Shown here: positions 45,820-55,667 of the stretch, piece after piece
How positions within the stretch are numbered: position 1 is the stretch's first letter
Layout of the letters: each line of letters begins with the position of its first letter
Assembly (NCBI GenBank): GCA_900696575.1
Contig: CAADHD010000024.1
Location: 36,818-100,817 of the forward strand
Direction of reading: 5' to 3'
DNA: 64,000 bases
Source: an uncultured Bacteroidota bacterium
GTDB lineage: Bacteria > Bacteroidota > Bacteroidia > AKYH767-A > OLB10
Notes under the pieces: generated by a model
Seen by the model: only the letters and a program-made list of their open reading frames with translations
What the model was told of the DNA's origin: nothing
Database searches by the model: none
Translations under genes and position numbers: made by a program

Positions 45820-48800
45820 CTATTCATCAATTACGGTTTCGGTTTCATTTCCATCCACTATTTTTATCTGTATCCATTGTCCGTCTGAATTACGTTTTTC
45901 AATTATGTAATAATCCACTCCGGTATCCCACTCCTTGTATTCCGACCAGTTCAGGTTTGTTCTTTCCTGACTCCATTCTGATTGCAGAAGAATGGAAGAG
46001 CCTTCATTGCTTAAGGCTCCGCTTAAACTACAGTCGTTAATAACATCTACTTTGTAGTAATAATGATTTTTGTTCACATTCACTGAATTGTCAATGTAGC
46101 TGTAATTACCTGCCGGAACACTGGCAATAACACTGAAATTGAAATTATCAGTTGAACGCAAAATGTTGTATTTCATCACACGGTCAGGCGCCATGTTGGG
46201 AGCTGACCATTCGGTTAAAACATTTTTATTGAAAATAACCGTAGAACGAACAATCTCAACTTTCTGGCCGGCCAAAGCATTTAGCGGAGTAGCCACAGCC
46301 GTATCGCTTAAAGAATGATAGGGATTGCCACACAAGTCTCGTGCTGTTATGCGATAAGAATAAGGGAAAGGACAATTCAAGGTGGTGTCAGTAAACGTTA
46401 GCGGGCCATTGCCGCTTACCGAACCCACCATTTGAGAAGAACCTGATGGCAATTCTATGCGGTTAATTTCATACACCGAAACCGGGCAGCCGCCATAAGG
46501 AGTCCACGTTACTTTTATGTTGGTACCCTGCGTCTGTGCCGTAACATTAATGGTTGTATGTGCCTGCGACTGGCTTAACGGAAGTTTATACTGACAGCGG
46601 TCAACCGTTTGTAATTTGTAAGTGTAAACATTGTTCAACGTGTTTAACCCATTATCAACATAAACAAGGTTTACATTCGGATTGGTGTTGTTGGTATCAA
46701 CTAATGTATAAATCAAATCATAATTTGCAGTAGTTTGATTGTAGCGGAACAAACGGTATTCATATAAATCTAAAACAGGTGAAGGCATCCATTTCAATTC
46801 AGTGGAAGTATTATTTAGTACAGATACACTAAGTAAAGGCGTAACCGGAGGCGGAATGGTGTCATATACCTCGATTAAATCAACTTCGGTATGCAAATCG
46901 GAACAGCCGTTGTCATTAGTAACAGTAAGGCTGACGGTATAAAAACCGGGATTGGACAGGGTCCATGATGGCGATGGCGCATTGCTAACTAAATTTCCAA
47001 GTGTCCACAGATAGGTTGGATTAAAAGTACCGGTTGAGGTGCTGATAAGTGTAACTAAGGTAGATGGACACAACCCGGTTGAAGATGCCGTAAAAGAAGC
47101 AACTGGTGTTTGTTTTACATGAACCTGCGGCAGATACAATGTATCCGTGCAACCGTTGTTGGAAATGGCCACGAGATAAGGTGAGAATAAACCGTGTTGG
47201 GTGTAGATATGCGAGGCAGTAAAACCAGCAGAAGTGTTTCCGTCTCCAAAATACCATACATAACTGTCGGCATTCAATGAATTATTGCCGAAAGAAACAC
47301 TTAGCGGTTGGCATCCGGCCGTATCGGAGATAGTAGCGATAGCCGTTGGAGAAAGATTTACAGTTACCGAAGCGGATGTTGAATGGCTGCAGCCGTTATC
47401 GTTGGTGATGGTAACATTTATGGTGTAGCTGCCCGGATTCGGATAAACCGTACCGGGAGAAGCCGATGTTGAACTTTGCCCGTTGCCGAAATTCCATACA
47501 TATACAGGATTCTGAAGCAAAGACGACTGATTATTTACCTGCATATTCATGGGTGTACAACCTATAGCAGGAACGGGTGTAAACTGAGCAACAGGGGTTA
47601 TCCAGGCATCAGCCGTGGCTATTTGGGCCGTATCGCTGCAGCCGTATTGATTGTAAGCTACCAATGTTATCGTATAGTTACCGTAAGTGTTGTAAGTGTA
47701 AGTGGGATTATTTGCATTTGATGAATCGCCATTACCAAAATGCCATGTCAGATTTGAATAAGCATACGATTGGTTCTGAAATGATACCTGCAGCGGAGTA
47801 CAGCCTGCCAATGCTGAGGTTGCTATTCCCTGAGCAGAAGGAACTGGATAAACAACAATTGGGTCGGGATAAGTAAAGTAGGACGTGCATCCGAGCGAAT
47901 CGGTAGTAATCAATGAAACAATGTAGCTGCCGGTATCAAGATAATTATGAGAAGGATTCTGTTGAGTTGAGGTATATCCATCTCCGAAGTTCCACAACCA
48001 GGTAGCGGCATTGACAGATGAATCGGCAAACTGAACAAAAGTGTTTAAACAATTGGTGTTTGATGTAAGCGTGAAGTAGGCATAAGTTCCCGGCACTGTT
48101 ATGTAATCGTTTCTCACCTTAACGGCTGAGCAACCCAGCGAGTCCCATATACGAAGGGAAACTGTATAGCTTCCCGGTATGCTGTAGATATGCGAAGGAT
48201 TCTGAACTGTGGAAGAAGTGCCATCCCCAAAATCCCACAGCCATTGCACAGCACCAGTTGAAAGATCATTAAACTGAACCTGAGACGGAGCGCAAACAGC
48301 CACCGTTGGTGAGTTAAAATCAGGAACAGGCCTGATGACATGAATTTTTTCAGGCAAGGTAATAGTGCTGGTACAATTGCCGAGAGTAACGGTCAAAGTT
48401 ACCGTATAAACTCCGGCATTAGTATAAGTGTGTGAGGGATTCTGTTGTGTAGAAGTATTTCCGTCTCCAAAATTCCACAACCATGAAGTGGCTCCCGGAG
48501 AATTATTCTGAAAAGAAGCAACAAATGGTCTGCATCCAATTGTATCAGCTACAGAGGCAGATACATTTACTCCGGTAACATTGGGTTTAGTAACAGATTT
48601 AACACAACCATTAGCATCAGTAATTGTAAGTGTTACCTGACCTGAAGGCTGGTAAGTAAACAAATGCGAAGGATGTTGCTGAGTAGAAATATTGCCATCT
48701 CCGAAATTCCATAACCATGAGACTGCATTGGTACTTAAATCGGTATAACTAACAGAAATCGGAAAGCAGGGACCGCTGGACGTAAAGCTAAAGTCAGCCG

Positions 48801-51360
48801 TTGCTGTACCGATGGTGATGAGGTTATTCTGTATTACAGTCTTAGAACAGTTGCCATTGGTAGCAGTGAGCGTTACAGAATAGGTTCCCGGTGAAGAATA
48901 AGTATATACCGGATTTACATCAGTAGAGGTAACCCCGTTTCCAAAATCCCATAAATAAGTACTTGCACCTGTTGAAGTATTGTTGAACTGAACAGTAAGT
49001 GAATCACATCCTGCAAGAGGGGGTGTTGCCGTAAACCCGACATTAACTAAATACATTCCGAGCGGGCTTGTATAAAAAGTATCGGTACAACCTGCGGTTG
49101 AAGTAGCAATCAACGAAACAACATAGCTGCCCGGTGAAGTGTAGATGTGTGTTGGATTCTGAACTGTAGTAGCAGGGCTGCCATCTCCGAAATTCCATAC
49201 ATAAGAACTGAACTGTGAAGGATTATTGATGTTAAATTGAACAGGTGAATTCACACAACTTGTGTTATTCAGAACCTGAATCGGATTGGGAATTCCGACT
49301 GTAACCGTGGTTGTTACCGATTTTACACAACCATAGATATTGGTAAGTGTCAAGGTAACCGTATAAGTACCTGATTGCGCAAAAACATGCACCGGGCTTT
49401 TTACAGTATCTACCGGTGAGCCATCACCATAATTCCAGACGTAAGAAACTATGTCAGGAGTAAGATTATCAAAGTGAAACTTAAAAGGTTTACACGGAGT
49501 TGAAGATATGGTTAAAATAGGTTCAGGAATGAACTCATAAACTTTAACAATCGCAAAGGGGTTGATGTATTGCCTGCAGCGATCGGGCATACTTCCGTAA
49601 AAAGACACAATGTAGGTACCCGGAACTGTGTACATATATGAAGTGTTGGGTGTAAAAGCCGAATCGCCATTACCGAAAGACCACATAGTAGTATCACAAC
49701 CGGGTAAAGGATTGGTAAACGAAACTGGATAAGGCGCACAACCAATAATTGTGTCCGGCAAAACATAATTAACCTGACCATTAACCACACGCACATAATT
49801 AGACCTTCTGACCGAATCCACGCAGCCTTGATTTGTAGTAATTTTTAATTTGATTGAATAATAACCAAGATTAATGTAAGTGTTAGTTGGAATCTGAAGG
49901 TTTGAAGTATTACCGTCTCCGAACTCCCAGTTCCAGGCAACCGCACCCGGGTAATTGTTAGGAGTAAAGGTAACAGGCAAGGGGCTGCAACCTGCTCTGG
50001 GGGCAGCATTGAAATTAGGAACACGTACAGGAATTACAACGGCATTATTTATAGTCTTGGTTGCGGTACATCCGTTTGGTGAAACTGCCGTTAAGGTAAC
50101 GTGATACGAACCAGCAGCGGGAAAAGTATGCAATGGATTAGCCAACGTGGAGGTGGTGCCGTCACCAAAATCCCATTGATAAGTTACTGCATTGGTTGAC
50201 GTGTTATTAAACTGAAAAGTAAAATAACTGCATGGATCAGGCTGCGTAACCGTAAAATTTGCCAAAGGCAATGTATCCACCATAATTCCGTTGGGATAAG
50301 TAGCTGTACCGTTACAGCCATTCGAAGTAGTTACGGTGAGTGTTATAGCATAATTTCCGGGAGCAGAATAAGTATGTGATGGATTGGATAAAGTTGAGAC
50401 CGGTGAACCATCACCGAAGTTCCACAGCCACGATGTTGCATTCTGCACAAGGGCTGTAAAAACCGTGGTCAAGTTATTACAACCGGTAAGGTTAGTGGCC
50501 GTGAAAGAGGGTACGAGGCTGTTTCCTACATTGATGTAAGCAGGTTTAATAACGGTATCTTTACAACCGTTATTATTGGTAGCAATAAGCGATACTGTAT
50601 ATGAACCAATAGCGCCATAAACATGAGAGGGATTCTGCTGGGTAGAGGTATTGCCATCACCGAAATCCCACTGCCATGAAGAAATACCGCTGCCGGTAGC
50701 CGTAAATTGAAAAACATCATTGGCATTACAGGACGAAGTAAAGCCAGCTGAAAAATTTACCGAAGGCTTGGGGTGAATTGTAATGTAATTACTCCTGGTT
50801 TGAATGGTACTGCATCCGAATCCGTTGGTTGCTATTAATTTTACTGTATAAGTTCCGGAATTAGCATAAATATGGGTGGGACTCACGGCTGTTGAAGAAT
50901 TTCCGTCCCCGAAGTCCCATATATATGAAATGGCTCCGGTAGAACTATTCAAAAAATTAATGACATGACTGTTTATACATGCTGCCAGAGGCGAGGCCGT
51001 GAAGACAGTACTGGGTGCCGGTACCGCATGTATGTAGTTTTGGGCAATGAATGTATCGCGCTGGCCATTAAGAGAATTGATGGCAACTAAAGTAACCGTA
51101 TAAAATCCTGAACTAAGATAAACAGTAGTAGGATTCTGTAAGGTTGAGGTGTTTCCATTGCCAAAATCCCAATAGTAGGCATTTGCATTAGTTGAATTGT
51201 CGAAAAAATTTACAGTTAAAGGTACACAACCCGATGTGGGACTTGCCGAAAATGAAGCGACTACTTGTCCATGAACCTTGACAGAATTAAAAGAGAATAT
51301 GCTTGCTGAAATGAAGCAATAAAGGATCAGATGTAAAAATCTTTTTTCCGGAATCGCCAT
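45820..51360 (-). CDS. Giant PKD-repeat secreted protein with C-terminal FN3-like modules
   Basis: Signal peptide, 17 clear W-x-[FY]-G-[DN]-G PKD motifs plus one degenerate, then FN3-like repeats. Confidence 0.9.
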   Translation of the reverse strand: MAIPEKRFLHLILYCFISASIFSFNSVKVHGQVVASFSASPTSGCVPLTVNFFDNSTNANAYYWDFGNGNTSTLQNPTTVYLSSGFYTVTLVAINSLNGQRDTFIAQNYIHAVPAPSTVFTASPLAACINSHVINFLNSSTGAISYIWDFGDGNSSTAVSPTHIYANSGTYTVKLIATNGFGCSTIQTRSNYITIHPKPSVNFSAGFTSSCNANDVFQFTATGSGISSWQWDFGDGNTSTQQNPSHVYGAIGSYTVSLIATNNNGCKDTVIKPAYINVGNSLVPSFTATNLTGCNNLTTVFTALVQNATSWLWNFGDGSPVSTLSNPSHTYSAPGNYAITLTVTTSNGCNGTATYPNGIMVDTLPLANFTVTQPDPCSYFTFQFNNTSTNAVTYQWDFGDGTTSTLANPLHTFPAAGSYHVTLTAVSPNGCTATKTINNAVVIPVRVPNFNAAPRAGCSPLPVTFTPNNYPGAVAWNWEFGDGNTSNLQIPTNTYINLGYYSIKLKITTNQGCVDSVRRSNYVRVVNGQVNYVLPDTIIGCAPYPVSFTNPLPGCDTTMWSFGNGDSAFTPNTSYMYTVPGTYIVSFYGSMPDRCRQYINPFAIVKVYEFIPEPILTISSTPCKPFKFHFDNLTPDIVSYVWNYGDGSPVDTVKSPVHVFAQSGTYTVTLTLTNIYGCVKSVTTTVTVGIPNPIQVLNNTSCVNSPVQFNINNPSQFSSYVWNFGDGSPATTVQNPTHIYTSPGSYVVSLIATSTAGCTDTFYTSPLGMYLVNVGFTATPPLAGCDSLTVQFNNTSTGASTYLWDFGNGVTSTDVNPVYTYSSPGTYSVTLTATNGNCSKTVIQNNLITIGTATADFSFTSSGPCFPISVSYTDLSTNAVSWLWNFGDGNISTQQHPSHLFTYQPSGQVTLTITDANGCVKSVTKPNVTGVNVSASVADTIGCRPFVASFQNNSPGATSWLWNFGDGNTSTQQNPSHTYTNAGVYTVTLTVTLGNCTSTITLPEKIHVIRPVPDFNSPTVAVCAPSQVQFNDLSTGAVQWLWDFGDGTSSTVQNPSHIYSIPGSYTVSLRIWDSLGCSAVKVRNDYITVPGTYAYFTLTSNTNCLNTFVQFADSSVNAATWLWNFGDGYTSTQQNPSHNYLDTGSYIVSLITTDSLGCTSYFTYPDPIVVYPVPSAQGIATSALAGCTPLQVSFQNQSYAYSNLTWHFGNGDSSNANNPTYTYNTYGNYTITLVAYNQYGCSDTAQIATADAWITPVAQFTPVPAIGCTPMNMQVNNQSSLLQNPVYVWNFGNGQSSTSASPGTVYPNPGSYTINVTITNDNGCSHSTSASVTVNLSPTAIATISDTAGCQPLSVSFGNNSLNADSYVWYFGDGNTSAGFTASHIYTQHGLFSPYLVAISNNGCTDTLYLPQVHVKQTPVASFTASSTGLCPSTLVTLISTSTGTFNPTYLWTLGNLVSNAPSPSWTLSNPGFYTVSLTVTNDNGCSDLHTEVDLIEVYDTIPPPVTPLLSVSVLNNTSTELKWMPSPVLDLYEYRLFRYNQTTANYDLIYTLVDTNNTNPNVNLVYVDNGLNTLNNVYTYKLQTVDRCQYKLPLSQSQAHTTINVTAQTQGTNIKVTWTPYGGCPVSVYEINRIELPSGSSQMVGSVSGNGPLTFTDTTLNCPFPYSYRITARDLCGNPYHSLSDTAVATPLNALAGQKVEIVRSTVIFNKNVLTEWSAPNMAPDRVMKYNILRSTDNFNFSVIASVPAGNYSYIDNSVNVNKNHYYYKVDVINDCSLSGALSNEGSSILLQSEWSQERTNLNWSEYKEWDTGVDYYIIEKRNSDGQWIQIKIVDGNETETVIDE

Positions 51361-51412
51361 ATCGAAATCATAAGTTGGTGGTTAAAGAAAAGCTTGGCGC
51401 ATTTTAAGTTTA

Positions 51413-52039
51413 TCAGTTGCCGTTACTGTTAGTAGTCTGCTTTCTGGCATAACCTGCCTTAGGATTATAGCTGGCATCCATGTTTATAATTGCATTGGCT
51501 GCACTGTAAAACTGCATGCCATCCCGTGTAATTTTTTTCACTCGGTAATAGGCAAAACCTTCGGGTGGCGACTCATCCATCCAACTATAAAAGAGTTCAA
51601 TTTCAGTACCGATGCCTTCTTTCACTCCGATGGAAGCATAGTCTCTTCCATCCTGAGAACGCTCTATGATATAAATGCAATCGGCAGGCTCGTTACGCGC
51701 TGTCCAGTTTAAAAAGACTTTACCGGAATTATAAATAGTAGAGTAATTGGATATGGTGCCGGCTGAAATTCCTGTAGATGCAGTTTCAGGATTCTCTGTT
51801 GAAACCCGCTGTGCCAACACATTACTTATCGTAAGCATTACCAAAAGGAATACTACTGCGTAAGTGAGAAACAAAAATTTCAGCGCACTGCCCTTCTCAC
51901 CATCGCGATTGAAATACCTGCGAGGCTTGGCATACATGGCTAATCGGCCTTCGCGCATTTGCCTGTAGAGATCTGTATTTTCCCGGATTGTATTCATAGC
52001 ATTTGTGCTTTGATCAAATGTAAATTGTTCTTGTGTCAT
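51413..52039 (-). CDS. Hypothetical protein with hydrophobic segment and single FN3-like domain
   Basis: VFLNWT..NE....YIIERSQDG..Y..IG...G.G......YSW.D..P..G.AYYRVK....DG...YS. Confidence 0.7.
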   Translation of the reverse strand: MTQEQFTFDQSTNAMNTIRENTDLYRQMREGRLAMYAKPRRYFNRDGEKGSALKFLFLTYAVVFLLVMLTISNVLAQRVSTENPETASTGISAGTISNYSTIYNSGKVFLNWTARNEPADCIYIIERSQDGRDYASIGVKEGIGTEIELFYSWMDESPPEGFAYYRVKKITRDGMQFYSAANAIINMDASYNPKAGYARKQTTNSNGN

Positions 52040-52431
52040 TGTCGTTTTATTTTGGTTTAATAATTTCAGGTGTAAGATTTCACGGATTATTACGGAATGA
52101 ATTATAGCAAGGTTTCAAAATTTCGATTTTGTTTCATTTTTACTTTAATGATATCTGACTTTTAAAGGGTTTTACCTGATGTCTGTATCAAGGGTTACGT
52201 TTGACAAAAAGATTTTTATTTACACTGCATTTTAGATCAACTACTATGGAATGTCATTATACTGCTACTGTTGGGCTTATGGTTCAACTACTGATATCCA
52301 ACCAGCAGCATTTACTCATTTAGAGAGCAGCTTTTATAACGGTGGTAACAAAATCAAAAAGGATAAATTTTAATTGTAACCTTACAAAGTGCTGAAACGT
52401 TTCAATGCTGGAAAAGACCACTGACCACACC

Positions 52432-53889
52432 ATGGATACACTTAACAAAACCATTAAAAAACTATCACAGGAAGAATATCAGCAACTCATACAGCTGGTT
52501 TCAGGAGGCAGGCACAATAAACCATTCAAGGTTCTAGAATCAGCCCGCTATCAGGAGAAAACGGATAGTGAAATGATGAATGAACTTGAAGTAAGTCCAA
52601 GTGCATACTACACTTTAAAATCAAGGCTGAATGATAAAATCGCCTCCCTGTTTGCTCAAAATGCAAAAAGCCCTGTAAACGTTCTGATGGATGAAGTTAC
52701 CCGGGTTCCCGCACAACTATATGGAACAAACCGTGAATTTGCCATCCGTGCACTATCCGACCTTGAGAAGCAACTGCTGGAATACGACCTTTCTTCAGAA
52801 TTGATCATTGTTTATAAAACACTTGCGCAGTTAAATCTCTATACAGAAGACTACAGCTATTACATCAAATTGCATGATAAACATGTAGCCTACTCGCTGG
52901 CTGTTTCAAAAGCAGAAAATACTTTTTACCGTTTCATACATCAATTAGGAATTTATTTAATTAACAGATCAGAAAAAGATTTTGATGATTTGGTGATGAT
53001 GAAACGTGAATTATCAAACATCAGTGAAATGTATGATTCGCACCGCCTGTATGTCTATTACAACATTGCCAACATCTATTACCAATGCTCCTTACCTGAA
53101 AAGAGAGAAGGTATTAAAGCAAAAGAAACTGAGCTTACAGAGTCAATCAGAAAGATAGAAAGCATTTTTGAAACTTACAATCAGGATACCTATTACCAAA
53201 ATATCCGATTCATCCTACCTTTTCTCTATTTTACCGTTTATCAGCATTCAGGAAATCAATTACTGGCTGATACCTATTATCAACAGTTAAAAGTGTCATT
53301 GCCGGAAATCAGCAACAAGCATTTCCATAATTATATTCTGATACACATGCTTAACACCAAAGTTGATAAATACCTTGCTGACAAGAATGAATCTACACTT
53401 GCAGAATTGAACAGCTTACTTCTGAGCAAAGCAGAAATTGATTTAAACGAAGCCTTCCATCAGATTTCATTTGCAAAGTTTATTGCCATTACTCATTTCT
53501 ACAAGAGAGAATACACGGAAGCGGCAAAAGCCATTAATAAATTAAGGAACCATTTTCCTCTTAAGAAATACACTATTGCAGATGTTGAATGCCGTTTATT
53601 TCAGGCCCTGCAGTATTGTATCATAGGCGAAGACGGGCTTTGTAATCAGATTATTGCCAGTCTGCGAAGGCAGCTGGCCAACGAAGAACAGGAATGGACT
53701 TCCGCTTTCACCTTCATGAAGTTATTAAAAAATGCTCTTAAAGCCGTTGACCTTCGCAAGAAAATTAAGCGTGTTCAGGGTTTATGGGATCAGTTTCAGA
53801 TGGAGAATAAAGGAAAACATGCCATACTTCAGTTTGTACGGATTGATGACAGTGCCATCCGTAAAATGTGCAACCCTATTAAAGGCTGA
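52432..53889 (+). CDS. Hypothetical protein, N-terminal HTH-like segment plus helical repeats (putative regulator)
   Basis: MDTLNKTIKKLSQEEY start, ELEVSPSAYYTLKSRL HTH-like motif, all-helical remainder, no signal peptide. Confidence 0.7.
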   Translation: MDTLNKTIKKLSQEEYQQLIQLVSGGRHNKPFKVLESARYQEKTDSEMMNELEVSPSAYYTLKSRLNDKIASLFAQNAKSPVNVLMDEVTRVPAQLYGTNREFAIRALSDLEKQLLEYDLSSELIIVYKTLAQLNLYTEDYSYYIKLHDKHVAYSLAVSKAENTFYRFIHQLGIYLINRSEKDFDDLVMMKRELSNISEMYDSHRLYVYYNIANIYYQCSLPEKREGIKAKETELTESIRKIESIFETYNQDTYYQNIRFILPFLYFTVYQHSGNQLLADTYYQQLKVSLPEISNKHFHNYILIHMLNTKVDKYLADKNESTLAELNSLLLSKAEIDLNEAFHQISFAKFIAITHFYKREYTEAAKAINKLRNHFPLKKYTIADVECRLFQALQYCIIGEDGLCNQIIASLRRQLANEEQEWTSAFTFMKLLKNALKAVDLRKKIKRVQGLWDQFQMENKGKHAILQFVRIDDSAIRKMCNPIKG

Positions 53890-53962
53890 TAAATTCAATT
53901 CAGGAAAATTATTCTTTACTCTCGAATTTCAGGGAGATGAAATGAAGCGTGAATTCAAGTCA

Positions 53963-54934
53963 CTATTTTCTCCTTTCGGTAGAAAAAATAACCAATTGCT
54001 CAAGTGATTGCCGGTAAACGCTTTGACTGAACCTTTTCAGAATTTCAAGTGCCCGGTCACGAAACTTATGCATCATTTCTGCAGCGTATTTTAATCCCCC
54101 TGATTCATTGACAAATTTTATTACCTGAGCCACATCTTCAGGACGTTGCCTGCTGCTTTTAATCAATCTTATAATTCTTCGTTTTTCCGAAGTAGAAGTA
54201 TTGCTCAGTGCATGTATCAGAGGAAGCGTCATCTTGCTGTCTTTTATGTCAATGCCGGTCGGTTTTCCTGTGTTGAGATTCTTCTCAAACTCAAACAAGT
54301 CATCTTTTATCTGAAAGGCTTGCCCGGCAAGTTCTCCAAACAATCTCATTTGTTCAACTGCCTGAACATCTGCTCCTGAAGATTTTGCACCCACCGCACA
54401 GCACGAAGCAATTAATGAGGCAGTTTTCTGCCTGATAATGTCATAATAAATCTGCTCATTCACATCTAATCTTCTCGCCTTTTCAAGCTGAAGTAATTCG
54501 CCTTCGCTCATCATCTTTACCGCCTGAGATACAATTTCGAGAATATCATGCTCTCTTCTCTCTACTGCAATCAGCAAGCCTCTCGATAAAAGATAATCGC
54601 CCACCAAAACGGCAATTTTGTTCTTCCATAAAGCATTAATTGAGAAGAAATCTCTTCGTTGTAAACTATCATCCACCACATCATCATGAACTAAAGTTGC
54701 AGTATGCAAAAGCTCAATCAGCGCAGCACCAGTGTATGTTGAGTCTGTTATTCGGCCACACATTCCGGCTGTATGAAACACGAACATTGGACGCATCTGC
54801 TTGCCTTTGCGTTTTACAATGTAATGCATAATGCGGTCAAGCAAAGGTGTGCGGCTACGCATGGCATCCCGGAAGCGGTGCTCGAATTCAGCCATTTCTT
54901 TCTGAATTGGCTGTTTTATAGTTTCAAGGTTCAA
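53963..54934 (-). CDS. ispB: Polyprenyl (octaprenyl-type) diphosphate synthase
   Basis: GKQMRP, ELLHTATLVHDDVVD..RR, KTASL, AFQIKDD, GKPTG.D. Confidence 0.85.
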   Translation of the reverse strand: MNLETIKQPIQKEMAEFEHRFRDAMRSRTPLLDRIMHYIVKRKGKQMRPMFVFHTAGMCGRITDSTYTGAALIELLHTATLVHDDVVDDSLQRRDFFSINALWKNKIAVLVGDYLLSRGLLIAVERREHDILEIVSQAVKMMSEGELLQLEKARRLDVNEQIYYDIIRQKTASLIASCCAVGAKSSGADVQAVEQMRLFGELAGQAFQIKDDLFEFEKNLNTGKPTGIDIKDSKMTLPLIHALSNTSTSEKRRIIRLIKSSRQRPEDVAQVIKFVNESGGLKYAAEMMHKFRDRALEILKRFSQSVYRQSLEQLVIFSTERRK

Positions 54935-55065
54935 AGGCTGAAAAATGAGGGCACGAAGATAAACACTATGCCAGCCTTCTTATATCATTTTAATAACATA
55001 ACTGGTCATCAGCGTTGCAACATACCTTACAATGATTAGCCATCATATAAGGAAGCAGTGATGAA

Positions 55066-55413
55066 CTAAATCAGCTTTTTTGCTGAAAAGTGAAAGCTGT
55101 TATCATAAATGAACCAGATGATGGATTCTCCATCGGGATTTTCCACTTTAGTAAAAATGAAATCGCATACAGAAGGAAAGTTTTTTAAATTCATTCTGAT
55201 GTCCTGAAAGAATAATGGCTCATCTCCGGGTTTTAGTTTTTTTATTTTATGAAAAATCTTTCGTAAAAACGGAATCATCATAGTAACCGGTTTACCCATC
55301 AGGCTTCCGGTATTAAACAAGGAGTTGTCGCTTTCGGTAATAAAACCTGAACAGTTTAACGAAATGCACTGGCATTTCTTAGGCTGAAGCGGAATAAAGT
55401 TACTGAAGCTCAT
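55066..55413 (-). CDS. Small hypothetical protein (possibly PAS-like)
   Basis: 115 aa ORF filling the intergenic space; weak PAS-like pattern (GFITESDNSLF...IIWFIYD). Confidence 0.45.
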   Translation of the reverse strand: MSFSNFIPLQPKKCQCISLNCSGFITESDNSLFNTGSLMGKPVTMMIPFLRKIFHKIKKLKPGDEPLFFQDIRMNLKNFPSVCDFIFTKVENPDGESIIWFIYDNSFHFSAKKLI

Positions 55414-55521
55414 GCTGGTTCATTTGTATTCCTTTTACTGAAAATCTTGCAAAAAGTTGCTTGGGCGAAATGAATCATTTTACCAGTTTTGCCATTCCTT
55501 GCATTTTTGCGATCTGAACAA

Positions 55522-55608
55522 GGAGAGATGGCAGAGCGGTCGAATGCGGCAGACTCGAAATCTGTTTTCCGGCTTGCCGGAACGGGGGTTCGAATCCCTC
55601 TCTCTCCG
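55522..55608 (+). tRNA. tRNA-Ser(CGA)
   Basis: Acceptor ggagaga/tctctcc, anticodon arm gcaga-ctCGAaa-tctgt, long variable arm ttccggc-tt-gccggaa, T arm gggggTTCGAATccctc, G discriminator; CCA not encoded. Confidence 0.97.
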
Positions 55609-55614
55609 CTAAAT

Positions 55615-55650
55615 AAAAAAGAGGCTGTAATGATTACAGCCTCTATTTTT
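55615..55650. terminator. Bidirectional terminator between tRNA-Ser and the M43 protease
   Basis: A run, agaggctgtaat-g-attacagcctct, T run. Confidence 0.85.
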
Positions 55651-55667
55651 AAATTTCATTTTGAAGA

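Noticed and set aside
45820-51360. Recurring DNA motifs (e.g. ccatctccgaaattcca) as a CRISPR-like array
   Set aside because: They are codons of the conserved PKD WxFGDG motif, degenerate and about 250 bp apart.
55522-55650. tRNA-Ser as a possible island integration site
   Set aside because: No integrase, no duplicated tRNA 3' end seen, and a normal terminator follows directly.
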